From: Bacillota bacterium | GTDB taxonomy: Bacteria; Bacillota; Clostridia; TANB77; CAG-465 | Direction: 5' to 3' | DNA: 64,000 nucleotides | NCBI GenBank assembly: GCA_023410645.1 | Contig: JAEYPQ010000023.1 | Span: forward strand, 3,168 to 67,167 | Shown: one piece after another, positions 18,282 to 28,893 of the stretch | Numbering within the stretch: position 1 is the stretch's first letter | Layout of the letters: each line of letters begins with the position of its first letter | Position numbers and translations under genes: made by a program | The notes under the pieces: model-generated | Seen by the model: the letters and a program-made list of their open reading frames with translations, nothing else | Told to the model about the DNA's origin: nothing | Databases searched by the model: none

Positions 18282-19763
18282 ATGAAAAAAGAAGATATTT
18301 ATGAAAGTATATCATCAAGAACAAATGGTGATATATATATAGGAGTTGTAGGTCCAGTAAGAACAGGAAAATCTACGTTTATTAAACAATTTATGGAAAA
18401 CTTTGTTATACCTAATATAGAAAATGAATATAAGCAAGATAGGGCGAAAGATGAACTTCCACAAAGTGCAGCAGGAAGAACAATTATGACTACTGAGCCT
18501 AAATTTGTTCCAAACGAATCAGTTGAAATCAAACTTGATAATAACGTTCGTATGAAAACAAGACTAGTTGATTGTGTTGGATATTTGGTTGATGGTGCAG
18601 TAGGACATTTAGAAAATGATATGCCTAGAATGGTTAAGACACCATGGTCAGATAATGAAATGACTTTTTCAAGAGCAGCTGAAATAGGTACTGAAAAGGT
18701 AATAAAAGATCATTCTACTATAGGTCTTGTTGTGACAACTGATGGAAGTATTACAGATATATCAAGAGATAGTTATATAGAAGCTGAAAATAGAGTAATA
18801 AAAGAGTTAAAACAAATAAATAAACCATTTGTTGTACTTTTAAATTCTACACATCCAGAAGCAGAAGAAACAGTGAGACTTGCAGAAGATCTAAAAGAAA
18901 AACATAATGTTTCAGTAATGCCTGTTGATATTGAAAAGTTAGATCAAAAAGATTTAACTGATATATTCTCAAGAGTACTTGAAGAATTCCCTATAACAGA
19001 AATTGGATTTAAGTTACCAGAATGGTTTAGTATACTTGATTTTGAACATTGGTTAAAACAAGATGTTATTACGCTAGTAAAAAGTAGTTTTAATGAAGAT
19101 TATTCTTTAAGGGAGATAAATGATTTAGTTCAAAGGCTTACAAGTGAAAATGAAATATTTGATAAGATTACAGTTGATAATGCAAAAATGGAAGATGGTA
19201 GCATAAAAGTTAGAATAGATATTAATCCAAGTATGTTTTATAGAGTTCTTAGTGAAATGTCTAATTTTGAAATAACATCAGATGGAGATATATTTGCATT
19301 ACTAAAAGATTTTTCTAAGACTAAAATGGAATATGATAAGATTGCAATGGCATTAGAAGAAGTAAGAATTAAAGGCTATGGAATAGTTACTCCTCAAATG
19401 GATGAATTAACTCTTGAAGAACCAGAAATAGTAAGACAAGGAAATAAATATGGAGTTAAATTAAGAGCAAGTGCACCAAGTATTCATATGATTAGAGCAG
19501 ATATAGAAACAGAAGTTTCACCAATAGTTGGAAGTGAAAAACAATCTGAAGATTTGGTAAAATATCTATTATCAGAATTTGAAACAGATCCAAGAAAGAT
19601 ATGGGAGTCAAATATATTTGGTAAATCTCTACATGAACTTGTAAACGAAGGCCTTCATAACAAATTATATAGAATGCCAGATGAAGCTCAAATGAAATTA
19701 CAAGAAACTTTACAAAAAATAATAAATGAAGGAAGTGGAGGACTTATTTGTATAATATTATAA
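18282..19763 (+). CDS. spoIVA: Stage IV sporulation protein A (spore coat morphogenetic ATPase)
   Basis: MKKEDIYESISSRTNGDIYIGVVGPVRTGKSTFIKQFMEN... is the characteristic SpoIVA N-terminus with a Walker A motif. The protein is 493 aa. Confidence 0.9.
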   Translation: MKKEDIYESISSRTNGDIYIGVVGPVRTGKSTFIKQFMENFVIPNIENEYKQDRAKDELPQSAAGRTIMTTEPKFVPNESVEIKLDNNVRMKTRLVDCVGYLVDGAVGHLENDMPRMVKTPWSDNEMTFSRAAEIGTEKVIKDHSTIGLVVTTDGSITDISRDSYIEAENRVIKELKQINKPFVVLLNSTHPEAEETVRLAEDLKEKHNVSVMPVDIEKLDQKDLTDIFSRVLEEFPITEIGFKLPEWFSILDFEHWLKQDVITLVKSSFNEDYSLREINDLVQRLTSENEIFDKITVDNAKMEDGSIKVRIDINPSMFYRVLSEMSNFEITSDGDIFALLKDFSKTKMEYDKIAMALEEVRIKGYGIVTPQMDELTLEEPEIVRQGNKYGVKLRASAPSIHMIRADIETEVSPIVGSEKQSEDLVKYLLSEFETDPRKIWESNIFGKSLHELVNEGLHNKLYRMPDEAQMKLQETLQKIINEGSGGLICIIL

Positions 19764-19809
19764 AGGTAAAAATAAATTGAAGAATGCCGAATAGATTATA
19801 TATAGTAGG

Positions 19810-19842
19810 CCTAGATTAGTTGAAGACTAATCTAGGTTTTTT
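19810..19842 (+). terminator. Intrinsic terminator after spoIVA
   Basis: CCTAGATTAG-ttgaagac-TAATCTAGG followed by T6. Confidence 0.7.
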
Positions 19843-20025
19843 AATTTTCAGTTACATTAAAAAATGCATGATATGATTAAAATAATTATACATTTTTTTG
19901 CTTTTTTAATAATAATTTGATACATAAAATTTGCATTTTGGAAAATAAAGTATTATAATATTATTTAATAGTTATTAAATTGAAAATAAAAATAATCAAA
20001 ATTCAATGGATGGAAGGATTTTAAA

Positions 20026-20679
20026 ATGTATAAACGAGTTATAATGATAGAGATTATTATTCTTTGTTTTTCAGTTGGAATATTAATAGCTGGAATATAT
20101 ATAAATAGTTTAAAAGAAAATAAGGTATCTGAAGAAAATATAACTAATAATGAGGATGAATATAGTGAAGAAGAAAAACAGATGATAGAATATAATAAGA
20201 GAATAGAAGTAGATTGGATAAATCTGGAGTCCTTATTTGATCCCACAGTTAAAAGGGAAGATGGGATTTACTTATTCTTTGGTGATGAAATATTAAAGCT
20301 TGAAAAAATGCCAAATGATTTTTCATTTGACGATTTTATAGATGGTGATATTGCTAAAGAAACATTAAAGAACTCATGGCCTATAATAAAAAACAAAGAA
20401 ATAGAATTAAAAAAAGATAAATCAATAAAAGCTTTAATTTTTTATATAGAAAATAATAATATAAAGCAACTTTCTATAAATGATATCATTTTTATACGAG
20501 AAAATGGAACAAATGGTTTATATTTTTCTCCATATACTGTAACATTAAATGATTCAAAAATATCTAATATTTATAGATATAAAATAGAATCTGGAAACTT
20601 AGGAAAAGAACTCATTATATTAAAAATACCTATTAATGGTATTATACAGTATTATGTAATTAAATTTGTTACTTCTTAG
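20026..20679 (+). CDS. Hypothetical protein with an N-terminal membrane anchor
   Basis: The ORF has a sigma-A-like promoter upstream (TTGCAT, 17 nt, TATAAT at about 19945-19975) and a terminator downstream. Confidence 0.5.
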   Translation: MYKRVIMIEIIILCFSVGILIAGIYINSLKENKVSEENITNNEDEYSEEEKQMIEYNKRIEVDWINLESLFDPTVKREDGIYLFFGDEILKLEKMPNDFSFDDFIDGDIAKETLKNSWPIIKNKEIELKKDKSIKALIFYIENNNIKQLSINDIIFIRENGTNGLYFSPYTVTLNDSKISNIYRYKIESGNLGKELIILKIPINGIIQYYVIKFVTS

Positions 20680-20716
20680 CAGACATTTTTTAAATTTTAA
20701 ATACTAATTAAAGAAA

Positions 20717-20752
20717 AAGAAGGTATCTAAGATCAGATACCTTCTTTAAAAT
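20717..20752 (+). terminator. Intrinsic terminator
   Basis: AAGAAGGTATCT-aagatc-AGATACCTTCTT. Confidence 0.6.
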
Positions 20753-20896
20753 TTGTTATATGGTTTTATATATTAGTATTAAAATTCAAGCTTAAAAGTT
20801 ACATTAGAAAGCCTATTTTATTAGTGAATAAAATTAGATATATATAGAAAAAAGATGACGTGATAGTTGGATTTATAAAAAATAATATTAATATAT

Positions 20897-21250
20897 TTAG
20901 CAAGCATGTAATTGTATGCTTATATAATCCATATTAGTATAGTTCTCAATTCCTAATTCTATTTTAATAGAATTTCTTAATTCATCATCAAAACGGAAAT
21001 AATTATCTTTTTCAGGATATACTTTTATAGTTTTATCTAAGAAAAATAAATTAATAAAAATCTTTAGATTATTTCTAAATTGTTTAATAATTCTCAATTT
21101 TAATCTTTTAGAATCATTTAAAATATCTTTACATACATCATCAATTTCTATTTTAATTATATTAGATTCTAAGAAAAATGTTGGATTAGTAATATCTATC
21201 CGTATTAACTTAGGATTTTCTCTATTTGTTATAATAATGTCTGTATTCAT
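20897..21250 (-). CDS. Hypothetical small protein (117 aa from MNTDIII)
   Basis: ORF with RBS GGAGGG before the internal ATG. No domain was recognised. Confidence 0.4.
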   Translation of the reverse strand: MNTDIIITNRENPKLIRIDITNPTFFLESNIIKIEIDDVCKDILNDSKRLKLRIIKQFRNNLKIFINLFFLDKTIKVYPEKDNYFRFDDELRNSIKIELGIENYTNMDYISIQLHAC

Positions 21251-21432
21251 TATTTTCCCTCCATTATGATTACACATAGATTTTTAAAATTTATAAAAGT
21301 ACAATAAAGTATAACATGTGAATTTAATTATGTCAACACACTTTGCAAAATTTACAATAATTTACATTTTATAGTATATTGCAAAATTTTATTTTTTTGT
21401 ATAAAATATATTAATAGTCTAGGAGATGAAAT

Positions 21433-22551
21433 ATGAACTATTCAAAGTTATATATAAATTTAGAAAATATAAAATCAAATATATTAAAAATTAAAGAAAA
21501 ACAAAATAACAAATGCTGTGTAATAGCAATGTTAAAGGCAAATGCATATGGACTTGGAATGATTGAAGTATCTAAATATTTAGAAGAAAATAAATTAGTA
21601 AGTTATTTAGGAGTTGCATATATAAATGAAGCAGTTAAAATGAGAGAAAATGGAATAAAATTTCCAATAATAGTATTAAATGCAAGTTTAGCATCAGAAA
21701 TAGAAGATATATTAAAATATAATGATATAATACCAGGTGTATCTAGTTATGAATATGCAAAAATATTAAATGAAATGTGTAAAGAAAATAATAAAACGAT
21801 AAAAATACATATTGAAGTAAATACTGGGATGAATAGATTTGGCTTAAGTTATAATAATTCATTAGACGAAATAATAAAAATAAGTAAATTAGAAAATATA
21901 GATATAAATGGAATATATATGCATTTTTCAGATGCGGACTTAAGTGAAGAATATACAGAATTTCAAAATAGATTATTTAATAAATTATTAGAAAAATTAA
22001 AACAAAATAATATAATCATACCATATGTTCATTCTAGTAATAGTGCGGCGAGTATAAATTTAAAAAATAATAATAGCAATTTGATTAGACCTGGAATTAT
22101 GATATATGGATATTACCCTGATAAATCCTTAGAGTCAAAAATTAAATTAAAGCCATCTTGTAAATTAGTTAGTACTATAACTAATATTTTTGAAGTAAAA
22201 GAAGGGACTCCAATAGGTTATAATAGAAAATATATAACTAAAAGAAATACTAAAATTGCAACTGTAAATATTGGTTATGCCGATGGACTAAATAGACAAT
22301 TGTCAAACAGAGGATATTTGCTTATAAATGGTAAGAAATGTAATATTATTGGCAATATATGTATGGATTCATGTATGGTTGATATAACAGATGTTGAAAA
22401 TGTTAAAGTAAGTGATGAAGCTATAATATTTGATAATTTAAATATAACATTAGATGAAATTGCAAAAGAATGTAATACTATAAATTATGATATATTAACT
22501 AGTATAGGAAGTAGAGTAGAAAGAATATATAAAAAGGCACTATCACAATAA
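21433..22551 (+). CDS. alr: Alanine racemase
   Basis: PLP-Lys motif AMLKANAYGLG. The size (372 aa) and overall similarity fit. Confidence 0.85.
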   Translation: MNYSKLYINLENIKSNILKIKEKQNNKCCVIAMLKANAYGLGMIEVSKYLEENKLVSYLGVAYINEAVKMRENGIKFPIIVLNASLASEIEDILKYNDIIPGVSSYEYAKILNEMCKENNKTIKIHIEVNTGMNRFGLSYNNSLDEIIKISKLENIDINGIYMHFSDADLSEEYTEFQNRLFNKLLEKLKQNNIIIPYVHSSNSAASINLKNNNSNLIRPGIMIYGYYPDKSLESKIKLKPSCKLVSTITNIFEVKEGTPIGYNRKYITKRNTKIATVNIGYADGLNRQLSNRGYLLINGKKCNIIGNICMDSCMVDITDVENVKVSDEAIIFDNLNITLDEIAKECNTINYDILTSIGSRVERIYKKALSQ

Positions 22552-22580
22552 ATATGTGATGGTGCCTAAATTATTTTTGA

Positions 22581-22985
22581 TTACTTTAAAATAATCTCAA
22601 AACTTGCCTTTTTTCCTTTATTTCTTTGTCCCCAACAGCAAAGTGTCAACTCTGTTGTTCTGGGGTCAAGTTCAGTTAAATGAAACATTCCGAGGTTTCC
22701 AGAGAAAATGCAAGGAAACTCAGAATATTTTTCACCTTTTACCTTGGCCTCAAGTTTCAGATTTAAAGGTTCACCCTCTAAAAGGTTTATTTCTGCATCG
22801 ATAGTCTCAGGAAATTCTTCAGTGTTTCTAAAAAGAATTGCTATTCCTGCACATACAGGAATAGTATTTCCTGTCATATCAAACATTCCTTTGATTGTGC
22901 TATCGTTAATTTTTTCAGCATCTCTTGTATCCAGATTTTCAGGATCAAAAGCAAAAGGATTAACGTAAAAGTTTTTTAAATTCAT
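22581..22985 (-). CDS. Hypothetical protein (134 aa)
   Basis: ORF only. Confidence 0.35.
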   Translation of the reverse strand: MNLKNFYVNPFAFDPENLDTRDAEKINDSTIKGMFDMTGNTIPVCAGIAILFRNTEEFPETIDAEINLLEGEPLNLKLEAKVKGEKYSEFPCIFSGNLGMFHLTELDPRTTELTLCCWGQRNKGKKASFEIILK

Positions 22986-23161
22986 TTTTATTCCTCCAAA
23001 ATTTTAAAAGATTACAAAAATTTATTGTTACATTAATATTATATCACATCTTTAATATTATGTAAACAATACGCAATATATTTTTATTATAGAATTTAAA
23101 ATATAAGTATCATATAGACTTTTTATATTTTTTTTAGTATAATTTATACTGGGTGATAAAC

Positions 23162-26100
23162 ATGGGTTTTGTACATTTACATATGCATACTGAATATAGC
23201 TTACTTGATGGTGCAATAAGAATAAATGATTTAGTTGAAAAGGTAAAAAATATGGGTATGAATGCAGTCGCAATAACTGATCATGGTAACATGTTCGGTG
23301 CTATTGATATGTATAAAAAGTGCAAAAGTGAGGGCATAAAACCAATAATTGGTTGTGAGGTTTATGTAGCACCAAGAAGTAGATTTGAAAAGCAAGGTAA
23401 AATTGATACTGAACCAAATCATTTAATTTTACTTGCTATGAATAATACAGGATATAAAAATTTAGTAAAACTCGTATCTAGCGGATATACAGATGGTTTT
23501 TATTATAAACCACGTATAGATATGGATATATTAAAAGAATGCAATGAAGGAATAATATGTTTGTCTGCTTGCCTTGCTGGAAAAGTTGCAAGACAAATAG
23601 TAAACAAGAATATAGATGGAGCGAAAGATACGATTCAAGAATTTATTAGTATTTTTGGAAAAGATAGATATTATCTTGAAATTCAAGACAATAAATTAAG
23701 AGAACAAATACTTGTAAATCAACAACTAATACAACTTTCAAAGGAGTTTGGATTGGGTCTTGTTGCAACAAATGACTGTCATTATCTTGAAAAAAATGAT
23801 TATGATTTTCACGAGGTTCTGTTATGCATTCAAACAAGAACGACTATGAATGATGAAAATAGAATGTCTTTTCCTGTAAATGAATTTTATGTTAAATCAG
23901 AAGAAGAAATGTCAAACGCCTTTATAAATTTCAAAGAAGCAATAGAAAATACACAAAAAATTGCAGATATGTGCAATGTTGAAATTGAATTTGGAAATAC
24001 AATTTTGCCTGAATTTAAAGTCCCAGATGGTATAAGTCACTTAGAGTATTTTACAAAACTTTGCCATGATGGAATTAAAGTAAGGTATAAAGATGAAAGA
24101 AAAGATGTAGTGGATAGATTAAATTATGAGATTTCAGTGATAGATAAAATGGGATACATAGATTATTTTCTTATTGTTGCTGATTTCATAAATTATGCAA
24201 AATCTGAGGGAATACCTGTTGGACCAGGTAGAGGTAGTGGCGCAGGTTCAATTGCCGCATATTTAATAGGAATAACAGACATTGATCCTATAAAATATAA
24301 CCTAATCTTTGAACGTTTTTTAAATCCTGAGAGAGTAAGTATGCCTGATTTTGATGTGGACTTTTGTTTTGAGAGAAGACAAGAGGTTATAGACTATGTT
24401 TGTAATAAATATGGACATGATCATGTGGCTCAAATAATTACGTTTGGTACAATGGCAGCACGTGCAGCTGTAAGAGATGTTGCTAGAGCATTGGAAATAC
24501 CATATCAAAAAGCTGATATGATTGCTAAAATGATACCACAAGAAATAAAAATGACAATATCTAAGGCACTGGATATAAATGAAGAATTAAAGTTGTTATA
24601 TGATACAGATGAAGATGTACATAAAATAATTGATATATCAAGAAAAGTAGAAGGACTTGCAAGACATGCTTCAACTCATGCTGCTGGTGTGGTCATAACT
24701 AAGGAACCAGTTGTAAATTATGTGCCATTATATACAAATGCAAATTTAATATCAACACAGTATACAATGACAACACTTGAGGAATTAGGACTTTTAAAAA
24801 TGGATTTTCTTGGACTTAGGACATTAACTGTTATTGATGAGTGTAAAAAATTAATAAAAAAAATTCATGGAATAGATGTAGATTTTGAAAATGATATGGA
24901 AGATAGAGATACTTTCAAGATACTTTGTGAAGGAAAAACAACTGGAATATTCCAAATGGAAAGCCCTGGATTTAGACAAGTAATGATGAGATTAAAGCCT
25001 GATTCAATTGAAGATATTATTGTTATGATATCTCTGTATAGACCTGGTCCTATGGATCAGATACCAAGGTATATAAAAAATAAAAATAATCCCGAACATG
25101 TTGAATATACTCATGAATCATTAATACCGATATTAAAGCTTACATATGGGTGTATGGTATATCAAGAACAAGTTATGCAGATATTTAGAGATTTAGCGGG
25201 ATATAGCCTAGGTAGGGCTGATCTTGTTAGACGTGCTATGAGTAAAAAGAAAATAGATGTAATGAATAAAGAACGTGAGATTTTTATTGAAGGCGCATTA
25301 AAAAACGGAATTGATAGAGAAAGCAGTAATAAAATATTTGATGAAATGTCTGAATTTGCAAAATATGCTTTTAACAAAGCACATGCCGCTGCATATGCAG
25401 TAGTTTGTTATCAAACAGCATATCTAAAGACACATTATCCACATGAGTTTATGGCTGCACTTATGAATAGTATGATTGGAAACTTGAATAAAATTCCTGA
25501 ATATATTAATGAATGTAAAGAACTTAGAATTAAAGTTTTAAAACCGGATATAAATGAAAGTTATATGCGTTTTGCGGTAATAAATAATAATATTAGATTT
25601 GCACTAAGTTCAATAAAAAACGTTGGTGATAATGCCATAAGAGAAATTATTGATGATAGAAAAATAAATGGACCATACAAAAATTTTATTGATTTTTTAG
25701 AGAGGACATCTGGTGAAAACGTTAATAAAAAGTGTGTAGAAAGCTTAATCAGAGCTGGTTGCTTTGATGAAATTGAAAAAAATATAAATAGATTTGACAT
25801 GTTAGATTCTTATGAAAGTATAATGGATGGTATAAATCAAACTAGAAGAAGTAATTATAAAAATCAGATAAATATGTTTGATATTGGAATTGAAGAAGAA
25901 AGTATAAAGGTTGAAATAAGAAAGAGTGGAAGGGAGCCAAGTAATAAAGAGTTATTAGAGATGGAAAAGGAAATACTTGGACTTTATGTATCTGGGCATC
26001 CATTAGATGAATATTTAGATTTTATAAAGAAAAATGCAACTGTTTATAGTAATGAGTTAAATAGTTCCAATGAAGAAAATGAAGAAGATAGTGATAATAA

Positions 26101-26614
26101 TGAAGATAATCAAAAAATAGATTATGAATCAAAAATAGTAACTTATTGCGGTATTATCACTAGTTCAAGAATACTTTATACAAAAAATAATAAACAAATG
26201 ATGTTTGCTGAAATAGAAGATTTATACGGAAGTATAGAAGCAGTGATATTTTCTACTGTATTTGAAAAATATTCGAATATTTTAATTCCTGAAAATGTTG
26301 TAAAAATAACTGGTAGGGTCAATTTAAAAGAAAATGAAAAAGCTAAAATTCTTGTTACATCAGTAGAATCTATAACAAAGCAAAAAAACATATACATTAA
26401 GTTACCAAAAGATAAGTTTGACATGGAAGAAAGAGTAGTTGAATATATAAAAAATCTACCCGGAGAATGCTTTGGAAATAATCCTGTGAATATATTTTAT
26501 GAAGGTACTAAAAAAATCAAGTTATTAAATAGAAAGATTTGGTTAAATGTTGATAATAATACGATAGAAAAATTGGAAGTTGCATTCGGCAAAGAAAATG
26601 TAAAAATAAAATAG
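23162..26614 (+). CDS. dnaE: DNA polymerase III alpha subunit (DnaE type)
   Basis: PHP domain MGFVHLHMHTEYSLLDG, a polymerase core and an OB fold. RBS GGTGAT lies before the ATG at 23162. Confidence 0.9.
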   Translation: MGFVHLHMHTEYSLLDGAIRINDLVEKVKNMGMNAVAITDHGNMFGAIDMYKKCKSEGIKPIIGCEVYVAPRSRFEKQGKIDTEPNHLILLAMNNTGYKNLVKLVSSGYTDGFYYKPRIDMDILKECNEGIICLSACLAGKVARQIVNKNIDGAKDTIQEFISIFGKDRYYLEIQDNKLREQILVNQQLIQLSKEFGLGLVATNDCHYLEKNDYDFHEVLLCIQTRTTMNDENRMSFPVNEFYVKSEEEMSNAFINFKEAIENTQKIADMCNVEIEFGNTILPEFKVPDGISHLEYFTKLCHDGIKVRYKDERKDVVDRLNYEISVIDKMGYIDYFLIVADFINYAKSEGIPVGPGRGSGAGSIAAYLIGITDIDPIKYNLIFERFLNPERVSMPDFDVDFCFERRQEVIDYVCNKYGHDHVAQIITFGTMAARAAVRDVARALEIPYQKADMIAKMIPQEIKMTISKALDINEELKLLYDTDEDVHKIIDISRKVEGLARHASTHAAGVVITKEPVVNYVPLYTNANLISTQYTMTTLEELGLLKMDFLGLRTLTVIDECKKLIKKIHGIDVDFENDMEDRDTFKILCEGKTTGIFQMESPGFRQVMMRLKPDSIEDIIVMISLYRPGPMDQIPRYIKNKNNPEHVEYTHESLIPILKLTYGCMVYQEQVMQIFRDLAGYSLGRADLVRRAMSKKKIDVMNKEREIFIEGALKNGIDRESSNKIFDEMSEFAKYAFNKAHAAAYAVVCYQTAYLKTHYPHEFMAALMNSMIGNLNKIPEYINECKELRIKVLKPDINESYMRFAVINNNIRFALSSIKNVGDNAIREIIDDRKINGPYKNFIDFLERTSGENVNKKCVESLIRAGCFDEIEKNINRFDMLDSYESIMDGINQTRRSNYKNQINMFDIGIEEESIKVEIRKSGREPSNKELLEMEKEILGLYVSGHPLDEYLDFIKKNATVYSNELNSSNEENEEDSDNNEDNQKIDYESKIVTYCGIITSSRILYTKNNKQMMFAEIEDLYGSIEAVIFSTVFEKYSNILIPENVVKITGRVNLKENEKAKILVTSVESITKQKNIYIKLPKDKFDMEERVVEYIKNLPGECFGNNPVNIFYEGTKKIKLLNRKIWLNVDNNTIEKLEVAFGKENVKIK

Positions 26615-26644
26615 TAAAATATTAATTATATAGTGAGGAAATAA

Positions 26645-27121
26645 ATGAAGAATTTAGAAATCTTAAAAATAGTAAATGAAAATAATAAATATTTTGAAAT
26701 AATTTGTAATTGGATGTATGAATGGTGGGGGGAAAAAGATAACTGGAGTTTAGAAAAGGTAAAAGAATATATGAGAAATTCTATGTGTACAGATAGAATA
26801 CCTCAGACATTTATTGCAGTACATGATAATGAAGTGGTTGGAATGTATCAAATTTCAATGAATGATTTAGATGTTAGACCAGATATATATCCTTGGCTTA
26901 TAAATGTATATGTTGAACCTAAATATCGTGGTAATGGTATTTGTAAAAAAATGGTTGAACATTGTATAAATGAAGCTAGAGAATTAAACTTGGAAAATAT
27001 CTATTTATACACTAAACATGTTGGCTTATATGAAAAATATGGATTTAATTTTATTAAAGAAATTAATACTTTTAAAGAAGATAGTTTAGTTGAGAGATTA
27101 TATGTATTTAATATTATATAA
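26645..27121 (+). CDS. GNAT family N-acetyltransferase
   Basis: Acetyl-CoA-binding motif RGNGICKKMV. The protein is 158 aa. Confidence 0.7.
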   Translation: MKNLEILKIVNENNKYFEIICNWMYEWWGEKDNWSLEKVKEYMRNSMCTDRIPQTFIAVHDNEVVGMYQISMNDLDVRPDIYPWLINVYVEPKYRGNGICKKMVEHCINEARELNLENIYLYTKHVGLYEKYGFNFIKEINTFKEDSLVERLYVFNII

Positions 27122-27152
27122 TAATCAGAAAATACGATAATTTGGAGGTTTT

Positions 27153-27752
27153 ATGAATTTATATACTATATCAATATTTTTAATAACATATTTAATATGC
27201 AGCATTAGCCCATCTATTGAGATATGCAAAATAAAAAAGGGGGAAGATATTAGAAATCTTGGGAGCAGAAATGCTGGAACTACTAATGCAATAAGGGTAA
27301 TGGGAAAATTCTGGGGAATAGTTGTGTTCCTATTAGATATATTAAAAGTATTTATATCATATGGAATAATATATTTTATAGGAAAGACATTTAATCAAGA
27401 TATTAATGTTACTTTAAAAAGTATATTTATTGTTGCTGCAACTCTTGGACATTGTTATCCAATATACTACTCTTTTAAGGGTGGAAAAGGAGTTGCCGTA
27501 ACACTTGCCGCATCGTTTATATTAGATTATAAAGTAGCACTTGTATGTTTGATTGTGGGTATATTATTAATAATTATAACACGTATGGTATCGATAGGAA
27601 GTGTAGGTGGAATAATACTTTTTGTCATTATTACTTTTGTGATGAATAAGGAATATATAATACCTAATATAATTGTTTCTATAATAATACTATTAAAGCA
27701 TAGAACCAATATAATTAGAATAATGCAAGGTAAGGAAAATAAAATATATTAG
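27153..27752 (+). CDS. plsY: Glycerol-3-phosphate acyltransferase PlsY
   Basis: GSRNAGTTNAIRVMGK motif in a polytopic membrane protein of 199 aa. Confidence 0.85.
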   Translation: MNLYTISIFLITYLICSISPSIEICKIKKGEDIRNLGSRNAGTTNAIRVMGKFWGIVVFLLDILKVFISYGIIYFIGKTFNQDINVTLKSIFIVAATLGHCYPIYYSFKGGKGVAVTLAASFILDYKVALVCLIVGILLIIITRMVSIGSVGGIILFVIITFVMNKEYIIPNIIVSIIILLKHRTNIIRIMQGKENKIY

Positions 27753-27768
27753 AGGTGAAAATAAACTT

Positions 27769-28773
27769 ATGAAGATTTTAATTGACGTTTTCGGTTCAGA
27801 TGATGATATATCTGCGCCAATAATTGCTACATGTAATATGATAGATAAAATTGATTCTGAGATTATACTTGTAGGAAAAAAGGATGATATTGTATCTGTA
27901 ATAGAAAAAAAGTATAAAAATAAAAGTAAAGAAATAATTAAAAAAATTCAAATATTAGAATGCAAAGACTATATAACAAATAATGAAGAGCCTGCTTGGG
28001 CAATAAAAAATAAAAAGGAATCAAGTATAGTTGTAGCGTATAATTACATGAAAACAAATGATAATACTGTATTTATATCTGCAGGTAGCACAGGAGCTGT
28101 AATGGCTGGTGCATTACTTAAAATTGGAAGAATTGATGGAATACATAGACCAGCTCTAATTACAATACTTCCAACAATAACAGATAAGAAAGTAATATTG
28201 CTTGATTCAGGATCAAATCCTCAGGCAAAAGATATATCAATACTTCAATATGCAAAACTTGGAATGATATACTCAGAGACTGTACTTAATGTAAAAAAGC
28301 CTAAAATTGCATTATTAAATATTGGTGAAGAAGAAGAAAAGGGAACACCAGAACTTAAAGAGACATATAAAATGCTAAAAGAAAATATAGATAATTTTAC
28401 AGGAAATATTGAAGCTAGATATATATTAAATGGTGATGTTGATGTTGTTGTATGTGATGGACTTCTTGGAAATATTGCTTTAAAATCAATAGAAGGAACA
28501 GCAAAGATATTGAAAACCGTTATTTCTAATGCTTTTAAAACTAGTTTATTAAATAAATTAAAGGGAATTATAATAAAATCTACACTTACTAATGTGTTAA
28601 AAAAATATGATTACAAGGAAAATGGTGGAGCAGTTCTTTTAGGTGTAAAAAAACCAGTAATAAAAGTACATGGTAGTTCAAATGTTTCAACTTTCGAAAA
28701 AGCAATTATTCAGGCACAAAATATGTTAGAAAATAATATAATTGAAAAAATAGAAAAATCTATAAAAAATTAA
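27769..28773 (+). CDS. plsX: Phosphate acyltransferase PlsX
   Basis: MKILIDVFGSDD..., SAGSTGA, LLNIGEEE and VVVCDGLLGN motifs. Confidence 0.85.
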   Translation: MKILIDVFGSDDDISAPIIATCNMIDKIDSEIILVGKKDDIVSVIEKKYKNKSKEIIKKIQILECKDYITNNEEPAWAIKNKKESSIVVAYNYMKTNDNTVFISAGSTGAVMAGALLKIGRIDGIHRPALITILPTITDKKVILLDSGSNPQAKDISILQYAKLGMIYSETVLNVKKPKIALLNIGEEEEKGTPELKETYKMLKENIDNFTGNIEARYILNGDVDVVVCDGLLGNIALKSIEGTAKILKTVISNAFKTSLLNKLKGIIIKSTLTNVLKKYDYKENGGAVLLGVKKPVIKVHGSSNVSTFEKAIIQAQNMLENNIIEKIEKSIKN

Positions 28774-28893
28774 TATTGTTATTTTTAGGGAGTAAAGTTT
28801 TTATTCTCTTTTAGTATAATGAAAATTTATATAGAATATTGAAAAAAGATTTCTTATAGTATAATATATAAAAATATGAGTGAGGTATGACAA

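Noticed and set aside
18070-18324. 84-aa minus-strand ORF upstream of spoIVA
   Set aside because: It lies in an AT-rich promoter region, has low-complexity residues, and overlaps the spoIVA start in antisense.
23153-23161. MINMGF N-terminal extension of dnaE from the ORF track
   Set aside because: The RBS GGTGAT is correctly spaced for the ATG at 23162 (MGFVHLHMH), not for 23153.
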